Assembly (NCBI GenBank): GCA_049999805.1
Contig: JBNGIO010006088.1
Span: 103,539 to 136,938, forward strand
Reading direction: 5' to 3'
Source of the DNA: Folioceros fuciformis
Lineage: Eukaryota
Length of the DNA stretch: 33,400 nt
Of the stretch, positions 12,365 to 24,100 are shown one piece after another (position 1 is the stretch's first letter; each line of letters opens with the position of its first letter). Below the pieces are notes generated by a model. It searched no databases. It was not told the DNA's origin and saw nothing but the letters and a program-made list of their open reading frames with translations. The position numbers and the translations under genes were made by a program.

Positions 12365-12835
12365 CACGTTGTTATCAACCCCTGGGTTGGGCAGCAGAAG
12401 GAAGCTCGATAAGGAAGACTTGCAAGTACAAGCCCATGTAACAAGGTCAGTACAAGCCCATGTAACAAGGTCANNNNNNNNNNTACAAGCCCATGTAACA
12501 AGGTCAGTACAAGCCCATGTAACAAGGTCACTTGTTCATTCCCCATGCTATTGAAACGCATGGGGCCATGGGTAAGGATTTTTCCGGACATGCACGAAGG
12601 CCATCACTTTAGCAAGAGTGGCGTAGGGCTTCCCCTATTCGGCGTTGTCGCATTTTTCCGGCAACGGGTTTGGATTGCACTACGAAAAGCTTTGGCATCC
12701 GTGATTTTTCGGACAACATCAAGCACGGTGGATGTGGCTGCAGCGGCCCCGATGGTAAGTAGGCCACATCTTATACCTGAATATGACATCTTCGGGACGA
12801 TAGGGAGTTACAAACTAGACGAACGAGAGGGTTAG
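12365..12835 (+). mobile_element. 3' fragment of a third CRE-like copy (RLE C-terminus)
   Basis: GWAAE..KYKP..GHLFIPHAIETHGAMGKDF, FRQRVWIAL and RPHLIPEYDIFG align with 960-1301 (GHTFIPLALETHGAMGKDF; RPFVIPHHDIFG). Confidence 0.75.
12426..12530. repeat. 24-bp tandem repeat GTACAAGCCCATGTAACAAGGTCA spanning a 10-N gap
   Basis: Two identical units on each side of the Ns at 12474-12483. Confidence 0.9.
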
Positions 12836-14877
12836 GCCCCATTCTTGGCATTTCCCCATTACGGGTTATTCCCTTGTCACGGGGTAGATGGAACTTCAAT
12901 CTTTTTTATTGTATAAAGTCTTCGACTTCCGTCCCTTAACATGACAATGAGAAGAAGGCACACGACACAGCAAACGGCCTTTCTTATTATGTAGGCCTGG
13001 CGCGTAACGAACTGGATTATAAATAAACGTCATCGGTTAGCTCACTGGTACCCGGCCCGTTGTTAGCGCTAAGTAAGTCGTACTTGACGGGGATCATTGT
13101 GTGAGCTCGCTGTGGAACACTACGTGTTCGCGGCCCCGTGAGCTTAGCTAAAACGAACAGCGCGGTAGTATTTGTATTTTATGCGCTTCTGCCCACTTTC
13201 ATTGAAGCCCACTGAGCAGTGAGCTTGTCTTCTTCCATGTGAAAGCCCCATGGAAATCATCGTCTGCCGAGCATTCCAAGGATAAATGCTTCTTTGGGCA
13301 GGTGACCTCGTCACGTTGATGCTCCTAAGTGGGAATTGTTATCCTATGATCCGACTGCTTGCCTGGTCTCGTCTCCTCATTGCTTGGCATGCGGCAGAAC
13401 AGGGTGGTGAAAAGCACATGAAAGGCATCCGGCTGGGCAACAGCGTGACAAACGCATCCATATTGAGTTGTGCCGTGAGATGCATGTATGCGGTGAAATG
13501 ACACTGGTTGCTTGGTACAAACAGAACCAACCTGTGTTCGGCTGGCAGTTCCGCACAAGTTTCGAGGCGACAAGCTTTAGAGGATTTTCAGAGATGCGCA
13601 TAAAACGTTTGCCAGAAAAAAAAAAGCCAAGCATCCAATAAGAGATGGGCGATGAAACTAGAACCCTAGTGTCTGGAATTCACACCCCGCCACATACAGG
13701 CGGGCTGTGGTGTCCGACAGCCTTTCCTGAACTGGGCTCCCCTTTCCATGCATTCGCAGCGTGGTATGTGGCAAGGCAGAATCAACAGAAGTCAGCAAAT
13801 GGGTTGTTTCCACGCTGTATCATCTAGGCCGCCGCGTCGTACTGCCCATCATGAAACTGAGCATCGTAGCATCGAAATGGGCTCCGGATCAATGCAGTTT
13901 GTGAGATGGAATGAAAATTATGCAACCCGGGAAACGAGAGGCCGATATGCAGATGCAGGGAGTGCAGAGTCCAGTTTCCGAGACAAGGGGAAGCAGCACC
14001 AGCGTGCCCTTGAGTGCAGGGTTGAGTTTACGAGACAGCGAGGCCCGACGTTGTGGATCTCTGGCAGGGTGAGTGGTGCTTTCTGTCACAACAGTGAATG
14101 GAGAGTCCGGGTCCCGGACTGTAGAACTGTCCAACTGAGAAGTCATGGTCATGTGAACGCATGTCATAACGAATGGCAGGAGCAAGGACGGCCCGTCCGT
14201 GACCAGCCTGAGTTAGTGAGTGCACGTCCCGACTGCTGACGTCGTGCTGCAGGAGTGCGAAAGTTTGAGCTCTCTGCTGGGACTCTGAATATCTGAATTA
14301 TTGTAGGCGAGCCAGGAGAGGTGAGGTGAGGTCAGGCCAGGTCAGGCTTGGACTCCCGTGTCTGGTCCACTGGAAAGGAAGGAGTCTGACACACGAGAGC
14401 AGCTCCCCAGAGACCTCACCAGTTCCTCCCACTCACTAGCCCAGTACTGCATTGTGCAGTGTAGCAATAGTGGTGGGTTCTGGAACTGTGCCGTGTGGGA
14501 GAGCTGTAATGTGGATGTGATGGTCTAGCTGCGACTTCAAAGACGGAAACCCAGCTTTCATGAGCCACGAGCAGGAGCGCCAAGGCCAAGGACGATGAGA
14601 AGGAACGTCGAAAGAGAGAAAAAGAAAGATGCTTGAATGATCAAGCTGGCGTTAACTTGCGCATTACTGCAGGCCTGACGATGTGTCAACTTCATCACAA
14701 AAGGTATCCCATAAACGACAGGCCCCCGGCCCCTGGCCCCTGTCCGGCTTTTGCAAGGCAGCGTTCCTCGCACCCACATAGCAGAGCCTTCTGCCAACCT
14801 CGTTATGTGGTAACCGCGTCACAGCGGTAAAGGGAACCGTGATCCAGCTGGAAGTCACATTGCCAGTTGGATGCCCC

Positions 14878-14908
14878 AGAGGCAGAGGCAGAGGCAGAGG
14901 CAGAGGCA
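14878..14908. repeat. (AGAGGC)5 microsatellite
   Basis: Direct reading. Confidence 0.9.
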
Positions 14909-15530
14909 AGGACGGTTGAAGCCCCTGATGACTCTTAGCTCGTTGCTCGTCTCGCAACCTGCCTTCCAGCCCGAAAAATCCCTGGCCTCGCCCCATGCTC
15001 AATCAAGATGTGTCTTTTTCTCGCCCTTCACGCCTTGGTGCCGTTCTTCTCTTCTTTGCCCCGACCCCCGACTCCTTGTGCGTCCGTCATTGTTCTTGGC
15101 TGGCTGGCATTCCGGTGAGAAGCACAGTACGGACCAGGGGGGAGAGACCAGTACCAGTACCAGTACCGGGAGGACTCGGAGCCATGACGATCAGACAGCC
15201 TCATCACTCTCGGTTGGAATGCGAATCACGACTCACAGTGCCTCAAGAGTGAAGTGAGGAATGGCGACACTGTCACGACTGGCGAGTCGCGACTCGCTCA
15301 CGGGTCACCACCACCGACTGTGTAATGGCGGTGGGGCGATGGGACGGTAGCAGGGTAAAGTAGGGTAGAGTACCCGGCCGGGCAGGGGACGTCCCGGGGG
15401 TAGGTAGCGGGGCCCAGGCGGTCGCCATTACGCTGCGTGTGGATGCGGCAACAACGGGAACGGAAAGACGTAATGAGCGCAGTTAATAATAACAGGGGAG
15501 CGGGACAAATGTCCAGCTGTCAGTCTCCGC

Positions 15531-15567
15531 ATCACATCACATCACATCACATCACATCACATCACAT
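15531..15567. repeat. (ATCAC)7 microsatellite
   Basis: Direct reading. Confidence 0.95.
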
Positions 15568-16102
15568 GTGTTGCCATGGGGCACGCATGCTTTATTCTGC
15601 ATCCTGCATGCATGTCGGGCGTTCCCTTTTCACGACCCACACTGCAACCCCAGTAGGGCGCAGCCCACGCGCGACTGCGACTGCCCAGCTACCGCCAACC
15701 ATCATGTACCGTGCGCCTTACACATCTAACGCCATCATACATACATATGCATAAATAAATCTACGTGCTTGTTCCGTATTCCTTCGTCATCATGTAATAT
15801 TTATTATTATAAATTTATTTTCTCCAGCTCATTCCTTGGGTTTGAGGATTCAATATGTCTTACCTTAGAAAAGTCATCAATGACTACATTGGATAGAGTA
15901 CCAAATTTTCTAACCCTTAAATTTAATAACTCCTTAAATGAAGTCAAAGATGCCATAACTCAAGGGATTGTTACATGAGTCACAATGCAAATCTTGTTTC
16001 TTGCTATGCACTCTTTTGCATTCTAAGATTGAATGCAGCAGGCATCACATTTGACACAAGACACTCTCATCCCGTGACGGCCTAATTCCCTCCAACATGT
16101 AC

Positions 16103-16513
16103 GATCTCTAACAGCAAACTTTTGCTCTGATGGAGACCTTTCCCAGGACTTGATGCCTCTGGGCATTCAGATTTTCTAACAATGTCTCATAGGCCCCTTT
16201 CTAGGCCTTGATTTCCTGACGGCGTAGATATGTTGACAACAAACTTTGCTGTGATGGAGGCCCTTTCCAGGCCTTTGTTTCTCCACCCAACAAATTATGT
16301 GACAATGAACTTTGATGTGATGGGGACTCGTTCCATACCTAGCTTTTGTGGTCATATAGATGTTCTGACAACTAGCTTTACAGTGATCGAGTTGCTTTTC
16401 CTTTTCATGACCGACCAGATGATGTTCTGACAACTAGCTTTACCGTTGATCGAGCTGCTTTTTACATTTCCCGGTCGACCGACTAGATCTTCTGACAATG
16501 AACTTGATGTTGG
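16103..16513. repeat. Degenerate minisatellite, period about 57-67 bp, about 6.5 units
   Basis: Units start with a GATGTTCTGACAAC-like motif at about 16103, 16170, 16227, 16293, 16359, 16421 and 16486; most then carry A(A/G)CTTT...TGAT. Confidence 0.7.
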
Positions 16514-17614
16514 AATTGTAGCTAGCCAACATGTAGTGAACTATCCATTCTTCATTTTACTTCATGCAAACGTAGAGATCCTTTGGCCATAGGCTCTAGG
16601 CTTTGTCCGAGCTAGTAACATGTTGTCTTGTGGTTGGAAAAGTTTCTTCGCGTTCCATCAAGAGATTTTGGTCATAAATTGGATTGGATGGTTCTTCTCT
16701 AGGTTTATGTCGTGTAGTGTATGTATAGAGACTTTGATCACAAATTTAGTGGGTGGTCCTTAACCTTACTTACTATCTCCCTTGGAGATAATTAGTTGTC
16801 ATGCCATCCAATTGTAATCAATGTGTGTTCAACATGGAATAGTGCAATATTGATTGATATCATAATGAGGATACGCTTTGTCAATAAACCGTTTTAAACG
16901 TCTATCTTTCAATAATGCATGTAACAACCGTACATTTCTTGCATGGTCTGTACGTTATATCTGTGTTAAAATAATACTCTTTTTTATAAAATATTAAAAG
17001 TTTGTCTTTTGAAAAACCCCCTACTTAATTAAATTTTGGTTGCGGGATGGAAACACCTGGTGTGCGACGAGGAAAAAGATCCCACCAGGGGCAAACAGAA
17101 TGGCGTTGGGGAATGAGGAGGAGTAAGTAGGACCCGCATGGGTTGAATGATTCTAGTGATAGAGAGAGAAAAAACGTTTGGAATTGAAATATCAGCGTGA
17201 TTTGTAAAGTATGGATGTAGGTCGGGTGAATGGGCCACACGTCGGGCATTGGGAGGAAAGGAAAGGAAAGGCGATCGTGGGACGGATTAATTGGAGTTAG
17301 AGAGGGAGGGCAAGGTTTGTTCTTTGGCCAGGAATGAGGTAGCGGGAGTTGGGGCGGCAGAAAGGAGGGAGAGGCCCATGTCATGCCGGGATTAAGATTT
17401 ATGCACATAGCTAGAGTGCAGCGGGTCGTGAGGAGGGTGGCAGGAAAAGACCCAGGTCGGCGAAGCAAGTGGAATCCATCACCCTTGTCACATCAAAGGG
17501 AACTGAGACGCAGCAGGTATGGTCCATTCCATGGCAGGAGGCTGCTTGTGCAACTGGTGCTGGTCCTGGACATGCCAGCACCGCTCTGCGCACCACTGCC
17601 TTGCCCGTGCGCAT

Positions 17615-17840
17615 GCGCAGCAGCACCAACAGCAGGGGGACGGGCAGCAGCAGCAGGACGGGCAGGAGGAGGAGGAGCACCAGGACGGGCAGCAAGACCA
17701 GCAGCAGCAGCAGCAGCAGCAGGATCAGTACGAGCAGCAGCAGGAGGCAAGGCAGCTGCTGCGCTGTAAAGGAGAAGCAGGAGGAGGAACAGAGAGCATA
17801 AGGAGGAGGAGAAGCGGATGCCGAGCAGCAGCAGCAGCCT
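17615..17840 (+). repeat. CAG/GAG-rich trinucleotide tract in the probable 5' leader of the MOM1-like gene
   Basis: (CAG)8 at 17699-17722 plus several shorter CAG and GAG runs. Confidence 0.85.
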
Positions 17841-18088
17841 CAGTGTTCTCTGGATTTGGCATCGTAGCAGTAGCAACAGCACGCTCAGATTCTCTACCTC
17901 TCTTGTTGGCTTGGCAGTCTCCCGGTATGGGCCGCCTGCTGCTGCTGCCCCCGCTCCCGCTCTTGTTGTCTGCGATCAGGTGTGCTGTGTGAGTGTGTGC
18001 AAAAGTGCTGGCCGCCGTGGCTCCGGCATGGGAATTGATTGCGCTTTCCGCTGCATTCGTTGTGTTGCGGCGGCTGAATTGGCCGTCA

Positions 18089-18114
<26 letters not shown>
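18089..18114. repeat. (TG)13 microsatellite in predicted leader intron 17980-18130
   Basis: Direct reading; donor CAG|GTGTG at 17980, acceptor GTGCAG at 18130. Confidence 0.9.
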
Positions 18115-18122
<8 letters not shown>

Positions 18123-18151
18123 CGGTGCAGGGGACGGGATCCCGGGCCGGG

Positions 18152-21100
18152 ATGACGCTCTGGGAACAGCAGGACCATCCTCCGGCGTATGCAACGGGGT
18201 GGAAGAGTGACGGCGATGGGGATGTTAGCATTGGGGAGTCGGACGTGGACGGACGGGACCCGTGGTTGATGGACGCTGGGGAGGACGGGGCCATGTCGTC
18301 GTCCGAGCTGCAGGATGTAGGCAAGGAGGAGCGCAGGCGTAGGTTGAGCACTCTTGTCAAGAAGCGCCGGAAAGACGGTGGGGAGGACGGCGGGGTGCGG
18401 GATGGAACGAATCGCCCTAGGCTGCCGCCGGCTCCTTCCGTAAGAAATTCGCGGGAGGATGGCGCGCGCCTGTGGGGTGCCTCCGGGAGGCGTTTGCACT
18501 CGTCCAGCAGTTATAAGAAGGTGATGCCGGAGAACCAGCGTGGGTCGGATTCGCCGGCGGGGAGCGGCTCGGAGCCTGCGCGCATTGTGCATGGAGCGCA
18601 GGCTGGGTCCAGTAAGGAAGGTGAGGCAGTGCACATTTTTCGAGAGCCTTGTCGTCTTGCAAATGCTTTGTCCGTGACGTGAGCAGCTGGTTCTGGATGT
18701 CAGTGCTTTTGTGTTGGTGCGTGGATGCAGGAGGGCTACAGAGGAGGGGCCTGGCTATCAGGTCCATTCCACCCCCGGTGAGGAATTTGTCGCTGTCAGA
18801 GGAAGCTGCGGACCTCGAGAATCCTGGGCTGGAGAGGGTGAATCGAGCGAGTGTCAACGGGCAGATCAGTGGCTCCTGGAGGTCGGGGTGCAAGGTGCCC
18901 GGGGCACTGGGGCCTGTGAAGAGAAAGAGGTCTCCTGTTATCCGGGGTGGCACCGATTACGACTCTCTGCACAGCAGAGGGCAGAAGCGGAGAAGAGGGC
19001 AGAAGCGGAGAGGAGGGTGGGGGGTATCTATATCGGATCAGGTGTCAGACGGCTTGGGCGGTGACTTGGACAGCCCCAAGGATGGACCATCTCCTTCGCA
19101 CAGTCCTCAAGGAAGGAGACGTGCGCTGGAAGAGTCCCCTACACCCGTCGGCTCCAGCATGACGCCAACCGCTGGTAGAGCAGGCAGGAGGAGATGGCTC
19201 TCGTCTTCCAGAAGGGAGGATGCCTCACCGAAAGACACGGAAGATGAGGATTCCAGGCTATTTGGTAGGGCAGGGGCCAAGGAGCTCCACAAAGACCTCA
19301 GTGTTGAGAGATGCTCGTCGTCGTCTTGGACAAGTCGGCACGTCCTCGCAGAGGATCTGGGGGAATGTTCGGTGGGTAACGGAGGATCAGCTCGGGGTAG
19401 GCATGTCGGTGATGAGACGGAGGAACATGCAGCTGAGGCTGAGGGTATGTCTCAGGGTAATACGAGGGCTCGGCATTTGCCCAACCACGCTCACCCGAGG
19501 GTGAGAAAGACCAAAGACATGCAGTCTGTTATTCAAGGAAGTGATTCGGTCACAACAGGAGATGCAAACGCGGGGTTCGCTCCCAGAATATTCCGTCCTG
19601 TTGACCATACATCCAGGATGCTGCAGGGTAAGCAGGATGGGAGCATTACCTCCAAAGAGGAGGATGGCAAGTTATCAAGTGGTGCAGTTGTCTGGGCCAA
19701 GGTACCCGTTGCCGCTTGCTAGTGTCCGGCTTACGCTCAGTGGTACAGTGTCCCACTGCAACTTGATTCGTGTGTTTTTCTGCAGATAACGGAGGAGTTG
19801 TGGTGGCCAGGAATTCTGATATCTCGCGCGTGCCTCCCACCGGATGTCCCACACGACCTCCTTGAGAGCAAAGGAGAAGGTTCAAAACCAAAAATTGTTA
19901 AGTTCTTTGGGTTCAAGCGAGCATCAGATCATTATGAAGCCGTACGGAGGAGGTACGGCCTTTTCACCTGGGACCCTCAGAGGGAGGGTGTGTCCCAAGT
20001 ATGAACTTGCTTTCTGCACTCTGTCGTCATAGCATCGCGTTTTCGTTTTGGATTTCTTATGAAAGGTTTGTTTTGGATTGGTCTGTGCTTCCAGCTGCTT
20101 GTGCCTTTTTGCCAATGGTTATGAACGCTTCAAGGATGGAGATGGAAGCAAGGGGCACAGGGAGGCTGTTTCTCTTGCCAGTATGTACCATCAGAAGACA
20201 TCGTCTTTTGGCACAGTTCAGAAAGAAGTTCGTGACCAGTTGGATACAAGAAAGCTGCTTCTGGCTGATCCTCATCAGGACTCTCTTAAGAAGAATGCTA
20301 CACGCATGAAGGGATCATCACAGAGCACAGATCCTGCGTTGATGAGTTCCCCCCGCCATTTGGCTAACGTGTTAGCTGTCCAGACTCCGGAGGAGCAAGC
20401 TCTGGTAGCAGGGCTTCCTCCAAGTTCGATAGCTGGCATCGGCACAAGCTTATCTGGATCTCTTGCAGGCCTGCCCCAGCAGATTAGCGTGCCTGGGTCT
20501 GAAGGTGGATCGGATGGAGGGGGCCCATCCTTGTCTCCTTTAACCATGGTGCCGCACCAGGGAATGAGCCATAACCTGGACATTGAAAGAAGGATGGAAG
20601 CTGGAGTCCCAGGATCCCCTGATGACATGTCATTTGATCATCAAATTCCTTCAATACAAATCGGTGGAAAGAAGAGAACGCATTCTCAGATAGAAGGCTC
20701 ACTGATCTCAGGTGAAGGATTGCGACGTGGAAACAAGAACACAGTCTTAGCGGAGACTGTAGCTAGCAGTGCCCTCACAGTTTCCGGCCTACCTGTTTCG
20801 TCAGGGAGGGAGATCCCTCCGGCTCAGGAAGGACTGCTTGTTGAAGGAGCAGCAAGGCCAGGCCCCTTGGATGTGTGCAAAGACACACGGATCATGCAAG
20901 CCCCAGAAGGTGCAATGCCTGCCGTCATAGAGCCTGTGAAAGCTACTGGATTGTGCACTGATCCAGATGCAGTGAAGACCGTAGGAACCAGTTCAAGTTC
21001 TGGCCGGGATGTTGGGGAGAGAGAGGATTTCTGCTCTGTGGATGAGCACAATGATATCTGTGAGAAATGCGGGCTGCGTGGTGATCTCCTGTATGTCGAA

Positions 21101-24100
21101 ACTCTATTGCATTGTTCTCTCCTCGTGTAAACTTCGCCAAGCATATATGCTTTCCTATGTAATGAAGTGTGATTGCTAGTGTCAGCTCATGGTTTTGGTA
21201 ATGTCACGTGCTTTTTGCAGATGTTGTGGCTGCAAGGGCTGCAAAACAGCATACCACTTGGGTTGTGCTGTATCTCAGGTGGCTGAGAGACCTGTAGGTA
21301 ATTGGTACTGTCCTGAATGTCAGAAGAGGAGGCTGCTAGCGCACATATTTGATGGTGTTGAAGTGGAGTCTATATGGAGGGTCAGAGAGGCTAGGTGCCC
21401 GTCAGCGATTGATCCAAAATCACAAAGTGCACCAGCAGCAGTTCCGGGTGAGCATATTCGGGCTGAACGTGCAGGTAGGAACTGTGGGATGGAATGCGCT
21501 CTTAGTTGTGGATGGTTTGACGATTTTTTATGGTGTGAGAGTTGTTGATCTACTTCTTTATTTGAGATACAGATGGATTGACAAGTGTCAGGGTGTTGGT
21601 TGTGGAGCTATTTTTGTATCTGAGTTCCACATGAATTGACAATTGCTAGTGTGTTGGTGATTGGTCTTCTGCTTTGCTTGAGTTATGATATCGCGAAATG
21701 GGTCGGGGAATATCTGAAAGTTTTCTTTTCCCCCTTCACTCTTTTCTTCATTGCAGTTAATGGTGAGAGGAATGGGTCAAAAGAGATCCTGAGTGGTGCT
21801 GCTGTTGAAGTTCTGGGTTGTGACACGAAGGAGTATTTTGTGAAGTGGAGTGGGTATGCCCATGTCTACAATACCTGGGTTCAAGAAGCTGAGCTCATCA
21901 AACTAGCACCCAAGAAGCTTTCCTCATACAAGAGGAAAGCAGATCAGGGCAAGGTACCATTCCATCACAGCGTTTCTTTCCTGTAAAGGTGTCTGTGACT
22001 GTGTAGCCTCACTAGTCTTGATGTGTAGCTAGCTTCTATTTGATCGCAACATGTGGTGGGAAGTACTTCTGAAGTGTTATGATGACTCCTGGAATAGAGC
22101 CCCAACTGGATTGAAGACTGGGTTGTTCCAGAACGGTTCCTTGCACGCAAGGAGTCACGGGGGTCTGATCACACACACGAGAGAGTCTGTGGTTTGGGTG
22201 GGGGCGGTGGTGGCCAATGGTTGGTGAAATGGAAAGGTCTTGGATACGACAGTTGTACTTGGGAACCAAGTGATTCTAAAGTATTAGCAAATAAAATTGG
22301 AGAGGACCTTATTCTTAAGTTCAACAAGGTAACCCCAGCTGGTGGAAGGCAAGATGGGGCTGGAGGAGCCAATGAGGTATGATATTGTGTTGATTAGTTT
22401 GAAGTTGGATGCGACACATTCCTAGCCTAATGGTGGGTCCTGATCAGGTTGAAAAAGAGCTTGTGCCGATTGAAAGGTTTTTTGTACAGCCAGAATGGGA
22501 TGGGGCACGGTGGCATTACGAGCAAGTGAAGGTGCCAGAGAAACTTATGGCACGCTGGAATTTGAAGTCCAACTGCATACTGTCTCAAGATGCCTGCAAG
22601 GTTTGTAGGTTCTTGATATTGCAGCTTCTGGCTTGTGATGGTAGTGTGTGGAGTTGTGAGGACGATGTCAATTCTGATTATCTGATTTTATGCTTTATTT
22701 TTTGGGATGTTTCAGGAAAGAACAGTTACTGCCCTGACATTTGTTTTATCCCTTCTGCGAGCATGCCCGAATGCCAAGCCTGTTCTGATTGTCTTGCCAT
22801 CCAAGGCCGTTGCTGCATGGGAGAACGAACTATTGCAGATTGCGCCTGAAGTGTATGCAGTAACCTACACAGGAACCCAGTTAGCTAGAGATGTTATTCA
22901 ACGCCACGAGTTCAACTATGACGGTGGAGGTTTTAAAACTCAGATTGTCTTCACAACTTTTGAGATCGCTCATGTGGTACAGAGTTGTTCCTATCATCTA
23001 AACTGTGTTGTCAAATGAAGTTTGTGTTTGTCTGTTTTTTGTAGTGATCCTCATGGTCAATGAGTCAGGTCGTTAGCGATTAAAGTTACATTTCTCTCTA
23101 TCGGCATAATTGTGTGTAGGATTCATATCTAAGGGACATGAGCTGGGAGGCACTGTTGGCAGACGAAGGCTACAGAATGGTGAAAGGTGCAAATGCAGAG
23201 AACTCTTTCCGCCTGCTCCAAACAGGATTTCGGCTTCTTCTTTCCCATGAGCCGCTTAAGGTCCCCCCTCCTATCAAACCTTGCAAACATGTTTTCAACA
23301 TCCTGGGTTTATGACTTGTGCCTGGTTCTAGTCTGATTGTAGGGAGCATGTTGTCTGAAGCTGGCATACTGGAGGCACTATACTCATCATTTAATTTCTC
23401 TTGCGCAGAACGAAATGGAGGATCTGTTGCATATAGTGAGCTTTCTGCAGCATGCAGAGGCAAAACGTAGTTATGAGCGGTGTTCAGGTCGGGATGAGAA
23501 AGAGCAAAAGGATTTCTTGTTGAAATTACTAAGTGAGTTCATTGTGTCTCCATCCGAGGAGTTATGCCAATCAGAGTTTGAGTTGGTGGAGCACTGGGTT
23601 CCAGTTGAAATGAGTATCCAACAGGTGGAGCAGTACTGTGAGATATTGTTGAAGAATTACTCGACACTGCTCAATGACCGAATACTAGGAGAAAAAGTCC
23701 CATCATTTAAAGATCTCGTGACTGAACTTCACCTGGTAGGTGCTTCTATCTGCAAGTGGTTTTACGTGCATCTGATCACCAAAGTGGGATCGTGGATCTT
23801 TATTCATTCGTTCTCGGGTTTGTCTATAGCTGTCTGAAGAATTGGAAAACAGCTGCAGATGAGCATGAAAATTGGTTGCAGGATTCTGACATCGTGGTTC
23901 CATGTAATGTCCATGCACAGTGCTCGGCCCACCCTGCCGCTGCAAATGCATCTAGAGTGGATGGAAAAGATACGGTGGAGGAAACGCTCTTGATGGATAC
24001 CATACAAGCTAGTGGCAAGCTTCAGGTTTTAGACATGATGCTTATGAACCTTAAATCACATCGTCGCAAAGTGGCGATTATGGTTTCATCCAAGGTTGTT

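Noticed and set aside
15760-17170. Minus-strand Helitron (TCTCT...ATCACTAG-like 5' end near 17155-17168)
   Set aside because: No 3' hairpin plus CTRR terminus and no Rep/helicase motifs found.
17383-17882. Ala-, Leu- and Ser-rich ORFs on both strands
   Set aside because: All are alternative readings of CAG/GAG repeats that lack stop codons.
21572-21640. Possible extra micro-exon in intron 21448-21756
   Set aside because: No convincing donor before the in-frame stop, and the flanking exons already join in phase.
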